Sequence record: NC_049340.1
DNA length: 64,000 nt
Strand: one strand, 5' to 3'
In this document: one piece after another, positions 33,303-42,341 of the stretch
Numbering within the stretch: the first letter of the stretch is position 1
Layout: each line of letters opens with the position of its first letter
Program-made: the position numbers and the translations under genes
Notes under the pieces: generated by a model
What the model was told of the DNA's origin: nothing
Databases searched by the model: none
The model's input: the letters and a program-made list of their open reading frames with translations, nothing else

Positions 33303-33654
33303 ATTTCCACCACTTAAACAAATAACCGAGAGTACATACGAAATTCATATAAGTGATATTAGAACAGCTAATATGATTTTCTTGGAACATGATGCATATA
33401 GTAAAGAGCTTGTTGAGTCAAAAAAAGAAATTGACTTACATATATTAAAATTCAATAATTTAGTTGAGGTTAATAAGTCATTAGAAAGTGAGATAAAGGA
33501 TTTGAATGCAATCCTATTACTTAAAGATGATAAAATTAATCTAGACAATACATACTATACGTCTAAATTAAAAAGTATAAAACGTCAACGAAATAAAGCC
33601 TATATAATAGGTGGTGTTGGTGTAATACTTGGAATAATTCTAGCAGTTAATTAA
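33238..33654 (+). CDS. Signal-peptide + coiled-coil + C-terminal TM protein
   Basis: MILLTLFTTLTILTSIG...; C-terminal IIGGVGVILGIILAVN; overlaps the previous gene. Confidence 0.45.
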   Translation: MILLTLFTTLTILTSIGQTTIKFPPLKQITESTYEIHISDIRTANMIFLEHDAYSKELVESKKEIDLHILKFNNLVEVNKSLESEIKDLNAILLLKDDKINLDNTYYTSKLKSIKRQRNKAYIIGGVGVILGIILAVN

Positions 33655-33666
33655 AATACAATAATA

Positions 33667-34032
33667 TTGGATACAAAATTTATTAGTTTAAGACAATTCG
33701 CATATGAATCATTAGGTATGCAAATCAAACCAAATCAAACAGACTTTGAGGTTAATTTAAATCTATCTAGTGCATATGGTACAAGATTGGAGAAAATATT
33801 GAATGAGAAATTCAACATCATTGACTTTAACTGTAATAGTAATAATATAATTCGTTCGATACATTGCATTACTGAGAGTGGTTATGTTGATATTATTGTA
33901 TCTAATGATATTATGGAGTCTAAAAATGTATTAAAAATTGTTTCTAACGAAAACAATAAATTAACGGAAAGTGTTGTTAAATATAATACACTAAATACAT
34001 TTGATGAACAAATAAAGGAAATACTAAAGTAA
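33667..34032 (+). CDS. Hypothetical protein (TTG start)
   Basis: 121-aa ORF. Confidence 0.5.
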   Translation: MDTKFISLRQFAYESLGMQIKPNQTDFEVNLNLSSAYGTRLEKILNEKFNIIDFNCNSNNIIRSIHCITESGYVDIIVSNDIMESKNVLKIVSNENNKLTESVVKYNTLNTFDEQIKEILK

Positions 34033-34037
34033 ATAAA

Positions 34038-34565
34038 ATGAGTGATACTAACTTTGATTCTTACATATTCAGACAACTAGATTTTGATAGAGTGGATACG
34101 AATGTATATGATTATGATACTTTACTAAAAAGTACATTATTACACTATGCTAATGCGTATTCAGCTAATATAATTTCTGATGAATATATAAGTAATATAA
34201 ACAAAGTTAAATGGTATTGTTTTGAATGTAAAAAGGAAATTGATGTAGATGTATCAGGATTAGTGATTGATACAAAAACATTTAATTCGAGAAAATTATT
34301 TTGTGATGTACACAAACCACCAACCAAGTCAAATATCTTTAAGCAAAATTATCTATTTAATAGATATTTGATTTCTTTTCATTCGTACCTAAAGAAAATA
34401 ATTATTAATAATTCTAAAACAAAACATCTAAGTGCATGGAAAGAGTTGCAACAATTGGAATTGATGTCTCAATCAATTCAACAGGAATCACTATTATCAT
34501 ACCAAAAACGGAAGAATCCGAGAAAAAAACTCTTTACTTTCAAATCTGCCCTCAAAACAAAATAG
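34038..34565 (+). CDS. Hypothetical protein with CxxC...CxxH putative Zn finger
   Basis: CFECKK...FCDVH. Confidence 0.5.
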   Translation: MSDTNFDSYIFRQLDFDRVDTNVYDYDTLLKSTLLHYANAYSANIISDEYISNINKVKWYCFECKKEIDVDVSGLVIDTKTFNSRKLFCDVHKPPTKSNIFKQNYLFNRYLISFHSYLKKIIINNSKTKHLSAWKELQQLELMSQSIQQESLLSYQKRKNPRKKLFTFKSALKTK

Positions 34566-35092
34566 CAACAGTATCACCAAACGTAACACTTATAACATAC
34601 AAGAAAACATATTCAGACTATGATGAGTATACAGCTGTTGATTTACATAAAGTAATATCTGCTGAGAATTTAGCCAAGACAGTACATAAATTAATGGAGC
34701 GTGTTTCTAAACAATATAAAGTAGATTATTTTGATGCTAGGCAAGAGGGTTCTGTGATGAGTATGTCTTTTAAAAAGCAATTAAGTAAGATAAACGACCT
34801 AACAACATATAACGTTGCTGTAAAAAGGATGTTATTAGGTACTAAATTGGTTAAATCTATTTCAATAGTATCACCAAACTCATTAAAGAAATATGCAACA
34901 GGAAAGGGTAATTGCAAAAAAGAATTGGTATTAGAAACATTCCTAAAAGAACATCCTGAATATAAAGTTGTGATAAGTAAGAGAACTGGAAAACCATCTT
35001 CAAAGGATGATGATATTGCAGATTCACACTACTTAGCTAAGGCTGATATACCGAAAGATAACAAATTAATAAAATCAATACATAAAAAGTAA
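34436..35092 (+). CDS. ruvC: RuvC-like Holliday junction resolvase
   Basis: IGIDVSINSTG, QEG, GKGNCKKELV, DDIADS acidic tetrad pattern. Confidence 0.8.
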   Translation: MERVATIGIDVSINSTGITIIIPKTEESEKKTLYFQICPQNKIATVSPNVTLITYKKTYSDYDEYTAVDLHKVISAENLAKTVHKLMERVSKQYKVDYFDARQEGSVMSMSFKKQLSKINDLTTYNVAVKRMLLGTKLVKSISIVSPNSLKKYATGKGNCKKELVLETFLKEHPEYKVVISKRTGKPSSKDDDIADSHYLAKADIPKDNKLIKSIHKK

Positions 35093-35102
35093 ATAATAGA
35101 TT

Positions 35103-35801
35103 ATGACTGAAAATACAGAACCTAGAGAGGCAATTAACCAAAATGGTGAAATGATATTAGTATCACCAGCAGATATAAATTGTAAAAAATTATATGATGT
35201 TACTGATACAAAAAAACAATTACTTGAAGATGTTTCTGATAGTGAATCAAAAATTAAAGCATTAGAATCAAAAATTGGAAAAGCTGAACAAGGTTTAGTA
35301 GCATTGAAAGAATCATTGTCTACTGAAATGAAGACTATGGCTGATAAGAAGCAAGAAATATTAGACTTAAAACCTGTTGAGGATAAATTAAGTTTAGAAT
35401 TGGTTGATGTGGTATTCGCAAAAGATAAAATTTTACCATTAGTTAAAAAGTCTTATGAAGTTTCTAAGAAATTAAATGGTAGAGTAGCATCAATTACATA
35501 TAAAAAATTAAAAGAATTAGAAGAATTACTAGTAAGTGAGCCAACAAAGGAACAATTATTAGAGAAATCAACTGAAATTAGTGAATTAGTTGGTAAAATT
35601 CGTCTTGTTGGAACTATAGCACAAGCAGAAAGTGGTAAGGAATTAGTATCTGTTATCAAAGATATTCATGGTACATTCCTTAGAGATAATTATAAACCTG
35701 TTTTGTGGAAATCAAAAGTTGATTTAGATGTTGTACCTGTACCACCAAATGGTGATGGTTCAAATAGTGAAGTGGTAGACACACTAGTAACTAGTACATA
35801 A
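35103..35801 (+). CDS. Hypothetical coiled-coil protein
   Basis: 232-aa E/K/L-rich ORF. Confidence 0.6.
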   Translation: MTENTEPREAINQNGEMILVSPADINCKKLYDVTDTKKQLLEDVSDSESKIKALESKIGKAEQGLVALKESLSTEMKTMADKKQEILDLKPVEDKLSLELVDVVFAKDKILPLVKKSYEVSKKLNGRVASITYKKLKELEELLVSEPTKEQLLEKSTEISELVGKIRLVGTIAQAESGKELVSVIKDIHGTFLRDNYKPVLWKSKVDLDVVPVPPNGDGSNSEVVDTLVTST

Positions 35802-35810
35802 TAACAAATA

Positions 35811-35847
35811 AAAACAAGACTTACATCTAGTTTGTAAGTCTTGTTTT
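35811..35847 (+). terminator. Intrinsic terminator, 15-bp stem
   Basis: AAAACAAGACTTACA-tctagtt-TGTAAGTCTTGTTTT. Confidence 0.75.
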
Positions 35848-35936
35848 GTGAATTTAAAGTGAGTTTGTTTAATACTATAGAAATTAAAATAAGTAATAAT
35901 AAGTAAATTTAAAAAGTAAATTTAAAAAGTAAAATT

Positions 35937-36959
35937 ATGAGTACAGAAATGAATGTAATTGACAGTATGTTTGGAGTTTTCGGACAAAAAGTAGAAGACC
36001 AACAAAACCCAGCAGAGGAACAAGGTGGAGGTAGTAAAATCGCTAAATTTAAACCTGACCCAAAGAAAACACCTAAGAAAAAATGGTTAGGAGTTGTTAA
36101 GTTTTTACCAAATTTAGAAGACATTTCAAAACCTATGTTGAGTAAAACAACTTATTGGTTAACTGACCCAACTACTAACAAAGGAGTTCTTTATGAATCA
36201 CCAAAATCATTAGGTAAATATGAGGATTGCGTTGTTGCATCTAAATATTGGGACTGGACAAACAGTGGTGATGCTAGATTAGAAAAGTTAGCAAAAGACA
36301 AATTAAAGTACAACCGTCACAATTATGTTTTAATCCAAATCATTCGTGATTTCCAAGATGAGAAAAACAACGGAAAAATCATGTTATGGGATTTACCAGT
36401 AAAAATCCGTAAAATGATTGACAAAAAGCGTTTCCCAGCTGATGAGGATATTGACTTAGGTGAAGTTGCACACAACCCATTCGACCCATTTAATGGATTA
36501 ACAATGACATTAAAGATTGGTTTAAATGACTTCGGACGTGTTTGGGATGATTGTTCATGGTCTAAAGATAACATTCCTACAACAATGATTTTAGAGGGTG
36601 AACAAAAGCAAGTAATTTTAAGTTCTGATGCAAATGAATTAAGACAACAACAACAAAAAGCACTAGAAACAATTGTTAATAGTGGTGTTAAATTAAGTGA
36701 TGTTGCATATCAAGCACCAAGTGATGAAACAATCACAAAAGTACAAAACATCATGGCATTAGTTTCTGGTGAACCTGTAAATGCACAAGCCAGTCAACTT
36801 GTTGCTGAACAAAAACAACCTGTTGCTGAACAAAAACAACCTGTTGCTGAACAAAAACAACCTGTTGCTGAACAAAAACAACCTGTTGCTGAACAAGCAC
36901 AAACAAATCAAACATCTGATGATTTAGATGATGATTTTATGAAAGAAGTAATGGGTTAA
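35937..36959 (+). CDS. gp32: Single-stranded DNA-binding protein (T4 gp32-like)
   Basis: KFLP, NYVLIQIIRD...NNGKIMLW...KI, PFDPFNG...LKI; acidic tail DDLDDDF. Confidence 0.85.
   Translation: MSTEMNVIDSMFGVFGQKVEDQQNPAEEQGGGSKIAKFKPDPKKTPKKKWLGVVKFLPNLEDISKPMLSKTTYWLTDPTTNKGVLYESPKSLGKYEDCVVASKYWDWTNSGDARLEKLAKDKLKYNRHNYVLIQIIRDFQDEKNNGKIMLWDLPVKIRKMIDKKRFPADEDIDLGEVAHNPFDPFNGLTMTLKIGLNDFGRVWDDCSWSKDNIPTTMILEGEQKQVILSSDANELRQQQQKALETIVNSGVKLSDVAYQAPSDETITKVQNIMALVSGEPVNAQASQLVAEQKQPVAEQKQPVAEQKQPVAEQKQPVAEQAQTNQTSDDLDDDFMKEVMG
36800..36896 (+). repeat. Perfect 21-nt tandem repeat, 4.6 copies (encodes PVAEQKQ), in the SSB linker
   Basis: TGTTGCTGAACAAAAACAACC units start at 36800, 36821, 36842, 36863; partial unit at 36884. 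Confidence 0.95.
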
Positions 36960-36978
36960 AAACAACTGAATTACAAAC

Positions 36979-37012
36979 AAAAAATCCATCATTTTTAATG
37001 ATGGATTTTTTT
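36979..37012 (+). terminator. Intrinsic terminator
   Basis: AAAAAATCCATCATT-ttt-AATGATGGATTTTTT. Confidence 0.75.
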
Positions 37013-37028
37013 CTAATACATATTTAAG

Positions 37029-38525
37029 ATGAAATTACGTTTTATTGCGAATTTTAGAGTTCTTGAAATATTAGATGCTACACAAACCGAATTAGACCAA
37101 TTAGAAAAGTTATCAACTGCACATGGATATAATTGGCGAACAAAAGAAAAGTGGTCAAAATGTTTCATGCAGAACTACAAATACATACCAGCAGGGTTTT
37201 GGTTGGATATAATGGAATTAACCAAGGCTAAACGACCATGGAATGTTAATATCATAAACATGAAAGATTTATTTTATAACATAACACATGATGAGTTTAA
37301 TGAATGGTTAGATGAGCAACCATTAAAATTCCCACCTAGATGGTATCAAGCAAAGGGTGCATATTTAGCATTGAAATATAGAATTTCAAAAGGTCAATTT
37401 GCAACATCTGCTGGTAAATCATTCATTCAGTTTATTGTTTGTAGATATGGTTTACAGAAAATGGTATCACCTGATAAGAAAATTTTGGTTATTGTACCAA
37501 GTATTATGTTAGTGAATCAATTAGCTGAGGATTTTGATGATTATGCAACAGATGATTTAGTTGTATGTGATAGAATTTTTGGTGGTTCTAAACGAAATAA
37601 AGATGGTAATGTTGTTATATCAACAATTGATTCATTGGCAAATCGTGAAAAGGATTTCTTCACACAATTTGAAATGATATTAGTTGATGAGGCACATAAA
37701 CTAACAACAAAAACATACCAAGAAGTTATATCATGGATACCATACCAACAAATCAAATTGATTTATGCTGTTAGTGGTACATTCCATGATAAGGGTACAT
37801 ATGAAGCTATGATACAACAACAGTATGGAGGCCCGACACTTATTGATATAACGGCAAGTCAATTGATGGAAGAGGGTAGTGTAACACCATTAAAAATTAA
37901 AGTATTAAATCTTAGGTATGGTTATGATATATCTGAGGGATATTATAATTTTGATGGTATTAGTACCACCGATGGTAGAAACTTGGCAGAATTGAAGTAC
38001 ATACAATCACTTTCCAAAAGGTTTAAGATGATTAGTAATACTGTGGCTAAAATAGATGGTAACCAATTATTATTATTTAAATCAGTTGAGTATGCCGAAA
38101 TGATGGCTGAGTATTTAAAAAGACATAATCCAAATAAGGAAGTGTTTGTTATACATGGTGGTATCAAATCAAAGACACGTGATTATATAAGAAAGCGTAG
38201 TGAAGAGATTGATAATGGTATTATATGTGCTACATACGCAACGATGTCAACAGGTGTAAGTATTAAACGACTTACATACCTACATCTAATGGAAAGTGCA
38301 AAATCGTTTATTATGTTACGTCAATCTATTGGTAGAACATTGAGACTTCACCCAAGCAAAGACTACGCTATTGTAGTTGATTATGTTGATATATTTAAGC
38401 GATACGAAAAACATTGGTCACCACCAATGCATGGTAATATATCAGCAAGGCAAGCTAAATCACGACAGAAAATTTATAAAGAACAAAATTTTGAATTTAC
38501 TGTACATGATGTAAACATAAATTAA
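37029..38525 (+). CDS. uvsW: UvsW-like SF2 DNA helicase
   Basis: PRWYQ, ATSAGKS, LVDEAH, SGT, ATYATMSTGVSIKRL, QSIGRTLR. Confidence 0.9.
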   Translation: MKLRFIANFRVLEILDATQTELDQLEKLSTAHGYNWRTKEKWSKCFMQNYKYIPAGFWLDIMELTKAKRPWNVNIINMKDLFYNITHDEFNEWLDEQPLKFPPRWYQAKGAYLALKYRISKGQFATSAGKSFIQFIVCRYGLQKMVSPDKKILVIVPSIMLVNQLAEDFDDYATDDLVVCDRIFGGSKRNKDGNVVISTIDSLANREKDFFTQFEMILVDEAHKLTTKTYQEVISWIPYQQIKLIYAVSGTFHDKGTYEAMIQQQYGGPTLIDITASQLMEEGSVTPLKIKVLNLRYGYDISEGYYNFDGISTTDGRNLAELKYIQSLSKRFKMISNTVAKIDGNQLLLFKSVEYAEMMAEYLKRHNPNKEVFVIHGGIKSKTRDYIRKRSEEIDNGIICATYATMSTGVSIKRLTYLHLMESAKSFIMLRQSIGRTLRLHPSKDYAIVVDYVDIFKRYEKHWSPPMHGNISARQAKSRQKIYKEQNFEFTVHDVNIN

Positions 38526-38526
38526 T

Positions 38527-38557
38527 AACAATGTTGTGTATTTAACACAACATTGTT
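38527..38557. terminator. 13-bp inverted repeat
   Basis: AACAATGTTGTGT-attta-ACACAACATTGTT. Confidence 0.6.
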
Positions 38558-38594
38558 TTATACACACATAAATAAATATTAAAAATTACACAGA

Positions 38595-39056
38595 ATGGGC
38601 GTATCAAGTGGATTTGAGACACATAGATTTTATGAATCTGATAGGACTAGCGGAACGCTATCACATCAAAATTTTGCAAGAGAACAACAGTTTGAATACT
38701 TATCTGAAATTGATGATTTAAATAACTTCCTTTTAAGTAAAAATTGGGATGACTTCTTCACCCAATCCGGGCCGTATGCCATGAGACTTTGCGATACATC
38801 AATAGCAAATAAAATATTTAATGTAGTATTTGAAACATTTAAATATAGAATGGATACCGTTCAGATGTTTCATATTATAACAGATTTTTATGATATTGAT
38901 AGTACATGGTATTTTAATAAACTTGTACACAATAATAGAAGAAAATTACAAAGTGATTTAGAACACCGAATTGGAAAATTAAAGGGTAATAAACACGCTA
39001 ATCGAATTAGTTCGGATAAAATTAGATTAACATTCGAATCATTATTCACAAAATAA
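38595..39056 (+). CDS. Hypothetical helical protein
   Basis: 153-aa ORF. Confidence 0.6.
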   Translation: MGVSSGFETHRFYESDRTSGTLSHQNFAREQQFEYLSEIDDLNNFLLSKNWDDFFTQSGPYAMRLCDTSIANKIFNVVFETFKYRMDTVQMFHIITDFYDIDSTWYFNKLVHNNRRKLQSDLEHRIGKLKGNKHANRISSDKIRLTFESLFTK

Positions 39057-39061
39057 ATAAC

Positions 39062-39799
39062 ATGGCAACAGTAAAATTAAAACACGACTTTTTCCATATT
39101 GCACTAGCCTCATTTATTTCCGATTTTAGTAAAAATATACAACCATATAGAGAATTAATAAATGGTAAAGTACCAGTTTCCATAATAAATACTGGTGATG
39201 AGGTATTTTTATCTACAATGTTATTCAAAACAGATGAAGATAGAAAGAAATTATACTCACATAATCCAAGAATTTCATTTTCTGTTAATGGTATATCACC
39301 AAGATTTGATGAGGTTTCATCACCACATGTACTTGGTAGGGTAACAACAAAAAATGAAAGTACTGAAATGGATGTAAATTCTAGAGCAAATGTTAGAGGT
39401 ATTCCAGCAACAGTTGTAATGTCATATGAAATGATTATGAGTAACATTGACCAGTATTTTAAATTTGTTGATGTTATGTTAACAATATTTTCATACGACC
39501 AAGTATTTGAATTTGTTTATGGTGGTACGGTTCATAGAGGTTCTTACAGAATTAGTTCTGATGATTATACACCTGATGTGAATTTTTCACTAGGGCATGA
39601 TACAGAAAAGCGTAGACGTATATTAACTAATAGTTTAGATGTTAAACTGAAATTTCCATCATTTGATGTTTATTCAGCAAATGGTAACCCATCAGAAATA
39701 TTTGATGAGAACCAAAAAATGAATAAACTTGTACATAATGTTTATATCAATGGTAATGAGGATTTAGTATCTAGACGTTTCATAACTAAATCAAAATAA
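39062..39799 (+). CDS. gp15: Tail sheath stabiliser / tail terminator (T4 gp15-like)
   Basis: PRISFSVNGISPRFD and IPATVVMSYEMI...QYFKFVDVML pattern. Confidence 0.55.
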   Translation: MATVKLKHDFFHIALASFISDFSKNIQPYRELINGKVPVSIINTGDEVFLSTMLFKTDEDRKKLYSHNPRISFSVNGISPRFDEVSSPHVLGRVTTKNESTEMDVNSRANVRGIPATVVMSYEMIMSNIDQYFKFVDVMLTIFSYDQVFEFVYGGTVHRGSYRISSDDYTPDVNFSLGHDTEKRRRILTNSLDVKLKFPSFDVYSANGNPSEIFDENQKMNKLVHNVYINGNEDLVSRRFITKSK

Positions 39800-39800
39800 A

Positions 39801-40262
39801 ATGAGAAAAATATTAGAGAATAGTTTTTTGAGTATATTAATTTTACCATTATCACTTTTTTACTTCATATACACCGCATATAACTATTATATAGAACATA
39901 AGAGGTTCAAGAAAGTAATTAATAAGAATGAAGCATTCACCATGGCATTAATGACACTAGATTTTAAGGGTCATAAATACCTACCATCTTATTTTTATTG
40001 TGAAAAGGATGTTGATGAAAATCTTTCATTAGTAGAGGTTCAGGATATAGCGCAAAAACAAGTAATACAAGTTATTTTAAAATACTTAAAAACTGAGGAT
40101 ATGTTAAGTATATTAACTGTAGATACTGAGGTGCATGATGGTAAAGTTTTATTTAGCATCCAACCAGCATCACTTCAAATAACAATCCTAAATGCTTGGA
40201 ACTTAATAAAGTCTATAATGCTATATTTAATTTTGACTTTTTTATATTTCAAATTCATGTAA
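39801..40262 (+). CDS. Membrane protein (TM helices at both ends)
   Basis: Hydrophobic N- and C-termini. Confidence 0.55.
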   Translation: MRKILENSFLSILILPLSLFYFIYTAYNYYIEHKRFKKVINKNEAFTMALMTLDFKGHKYLPSYFYCEKDVDENLSLVEVQDIAQKQVIQVILKYLKTEDMLSILTVDTEVHDGKVLFSIQPASLQITILNAWNLIKSIMLYLILTFLYFKFM

Positions 40263-40330
40263 ATTCAAACTGACATTGTTTAATACAATAGAAATAATTA
40301 TTAATAATAAATTTTAACAAACGTAAAAAA

Positions 40331-40903
40331 ATGAGTAAATCTAAAATCGCAAGTATCGCAGAAATGAATAACTTTAGAGCAGAATGTGGAGACATCAAAT
40401 CTATTGAAGAAATCAGAGCATTACTTGACAAATTAACAAAGGAGTCTAAAGATTATTCTATTCCAGTAAAAGAAATTAAGTTAAAAAACATCACGTCAAT
40501 TATCAAGTTCTTTGAAAACGTTAAGAATGTACCATTCAATTTAACAGCACCATTCGTTGCATGTTACGACCAATTAAAAGGATTAACTACTGATGATTCA
40601 TTAAAATATGACCAAATCAAAGTTATCCAAACAATGTTAGTTGGTGCATCATGGGATGCTAAAGCTGGAACAAAAGACCCAGTTAAAGAGGGTAGAGAAT
40701 TATTAAATGCACTTAAATCATTAGAAAAAGCAAACATTGAATTAGGTCAATTAGAACAAAAAATTCAAATTGCTGGTGCAAGAGAAGTTGAAATCGAACA
40801 AGAAATAAAAACTGGTATGGAATTTAAACCAGCAAGTTCAGATGATACTTCAAAATTAGTTGCTGAGGTTGATGCTGAGGTAAAAGCTGAATCTAAGAAG
40901 TAA
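40331..40903 (+). CDS. Hypothetical protein
   Basis: 190-aa ORF with strongly biased codon usage. Confidence 0.65.
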   Translation: MSKSKIASIAEMNNFRAECGDIKSIEEIRALLDKLTKESKDYSIPVKEIKLKNITSIIKFFENVKNVPFNLTAPFVACYDQLKGLTTDDSLKYDQIKVIQTMLVGASWDAKAGTKDPVKEGRELLNALKSLEKANIELGQLEQKIQIAGAREVEIEQEIKTGMEFKPASSDDTSKLVAEVDAEVKAESKK

Positions 40904-40921
40904 TATACATATATAACAAGT

Positions 40922-40948
40922 AAAAATGGTGCTTTCGCACCATTTTTT
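40922..40948 (+). terminator. Intrinsic terminator
   Basis: AAAAATGGTGC-tttc-GCACCATTTTTT. Confidence 0.8.
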
Positions 40949-40967
40949 CACACTCAATAAGTAACTA

Positions 40968-41434
40968 ATGACACACTCAGAATTAATTGAAATAGGCTAT
41001 AAATGGTGTATGACTAAGTGTGGTTTTGCATTTAAAGATTTAAGAACACAAAACAGGGAAGTACCTGATGTTATAGGATTTAGGTCAGAATGCACATTTT
41101 TATTAGAAGCTAAAGCATCTAGAGCAGATTTCTTACAAGATAAAAATAAAATATTTAGACAAAACCCATGGATGGTATGGGTGATTTTAGATTTTTTATT
41201 GCACCAAAGGGTATGATAAAAGTTGATGAATTACCAAACAATTGGGGTTTGATTGAAGTTTCCGAAAATGGAAAATCTAGAATAAAACACAACCCATTTG
41301 GAAAGGGTAATATTTATTCATCTTGGAAAAGAAATGAAAAGAATATAATAGCCGAAAGACAAATGTTATATTCAGCACTAAGAAGACTTCAAATAAGAAA
41401 TAGAATAGACGAAATATATAACAAAAACTATTAG
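40968..41434 (+). CDS. MmcB-like PD-(D/E)XK nuclease-fold protein (~155 aa), split by a -1 indel near 41174
   Basis: PDVIGF...LLEAKASRADFLQD, then GDFRFFIAPKG...ELPNNWGLIE in the -1 frame. Confidence 0.65.
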
Positions 41435-41435
41435 A

Positions 41436-42311
41436 ATGGATAAGTTAAAAAAAGGTGTAAAAGCACCAAAACTACAAAGACAAACTGATAAGTACGTTGT
41501 GTTTGCACGTGAATTATCATCTAGAGGTATGTCATTTTGGATAGCATTATTAGGTGTTATTCTACAAACAGCACACACAACACTTTTATTATATGGTGTT
41601 TCTGCATTTACGCAAGAATGGCAAAAGATTTTAGTATCTTTTGGTATGGGGTTATTCCTATCAGCATCATTAATGATTTTTACACTAAAGCATAAAGAGG
41701 GTAATAAAGAATCCGAATTTACATTGAATTTATTCTTTTGGTTTGAAGTTTTCGTTGGTGTTTTCTATTACTTAAATAAATTAGTATTCTCAGTATTCCG
41801 TGATGGTAATGTACCACAATGGACAGATTACGTTTATTTATTAATTGGATTGGTATTTGCCTATATGTCACCATATGCAATTAAGCAATTTGCATACGTG
41901 ATTAAATCAGATGCAACATTAGAATATGGCTCTATTGATGATGTATTACCAAGTTCAGTTGATGTTAAAGTTAGTTCAGAAGAAAATGAAAAAATTATTT
42001 CTGAAAAAGTTGAACAAATTAAAGAGGAATTAACCAATTCTGTTTTATCAAAAGTTGATGAAAAGATTAATAGTATTGAATTACCAAGTTCAGTTGATGG
42101 TGATGTAAATAACGAAGAACTAAAAGTACTTAAAGAAGATTTCAGTAAACTAAAGAACACAACTGCAAAATTACTTAAAGATTTTAAAGATGATGTCGAT
42201 AAGGTTAAAGGTTTTAATCCGAATGATTATATCAAAAGAGGTTCTAAGATTACAATGAGAACAGCCGATGGTGTTCGTGATGTAGAGGTAAACACAACAG
42301 AAGATAAATAA
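41436..42311 (+). CDS. Multi-pass membrane protein with C-terminal coiled coil
   Basis: About four hydrophobic segments, then an E/K-rich tail; 20-nt internal repeat (LPSSVD) at 41945 and 42080. Confidence 0.6.
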   Translation: MDKLKKGVKAPKLQRQTDKYVVFARELSSRGMSFWIALLGVILQTAHTTLLLYGVSAFTQEWQKILVSFGMGLFLSASLMIFTLKHKEGNKESEFTLNLFFWFEVFVGVFYYLNKLVFSVFRDGNVPQWTDYVYLLIGLVFAYMSPYAIKQFAYVIKSDATLEYGSIDDVLPSSVDVKVSSEENEKIISEKVEQIKEELTNSVLSKVDEKINSIELPSSVDGDVNNEELKVLKEDFSKLKNTTAKLLKDFKDDVDKVKGFNPNDYIKRGSKITMRTADGVRDVEVNTTEDK

Positions 42312-42341
42312 TAAACAAAATACACAGAAATAAATTATTAA

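Noticed and set aside
36800-36896. Tandem repeat as a possible CRISPR array
   Set aside because: No spacers; it is in frame inside the SSB gene
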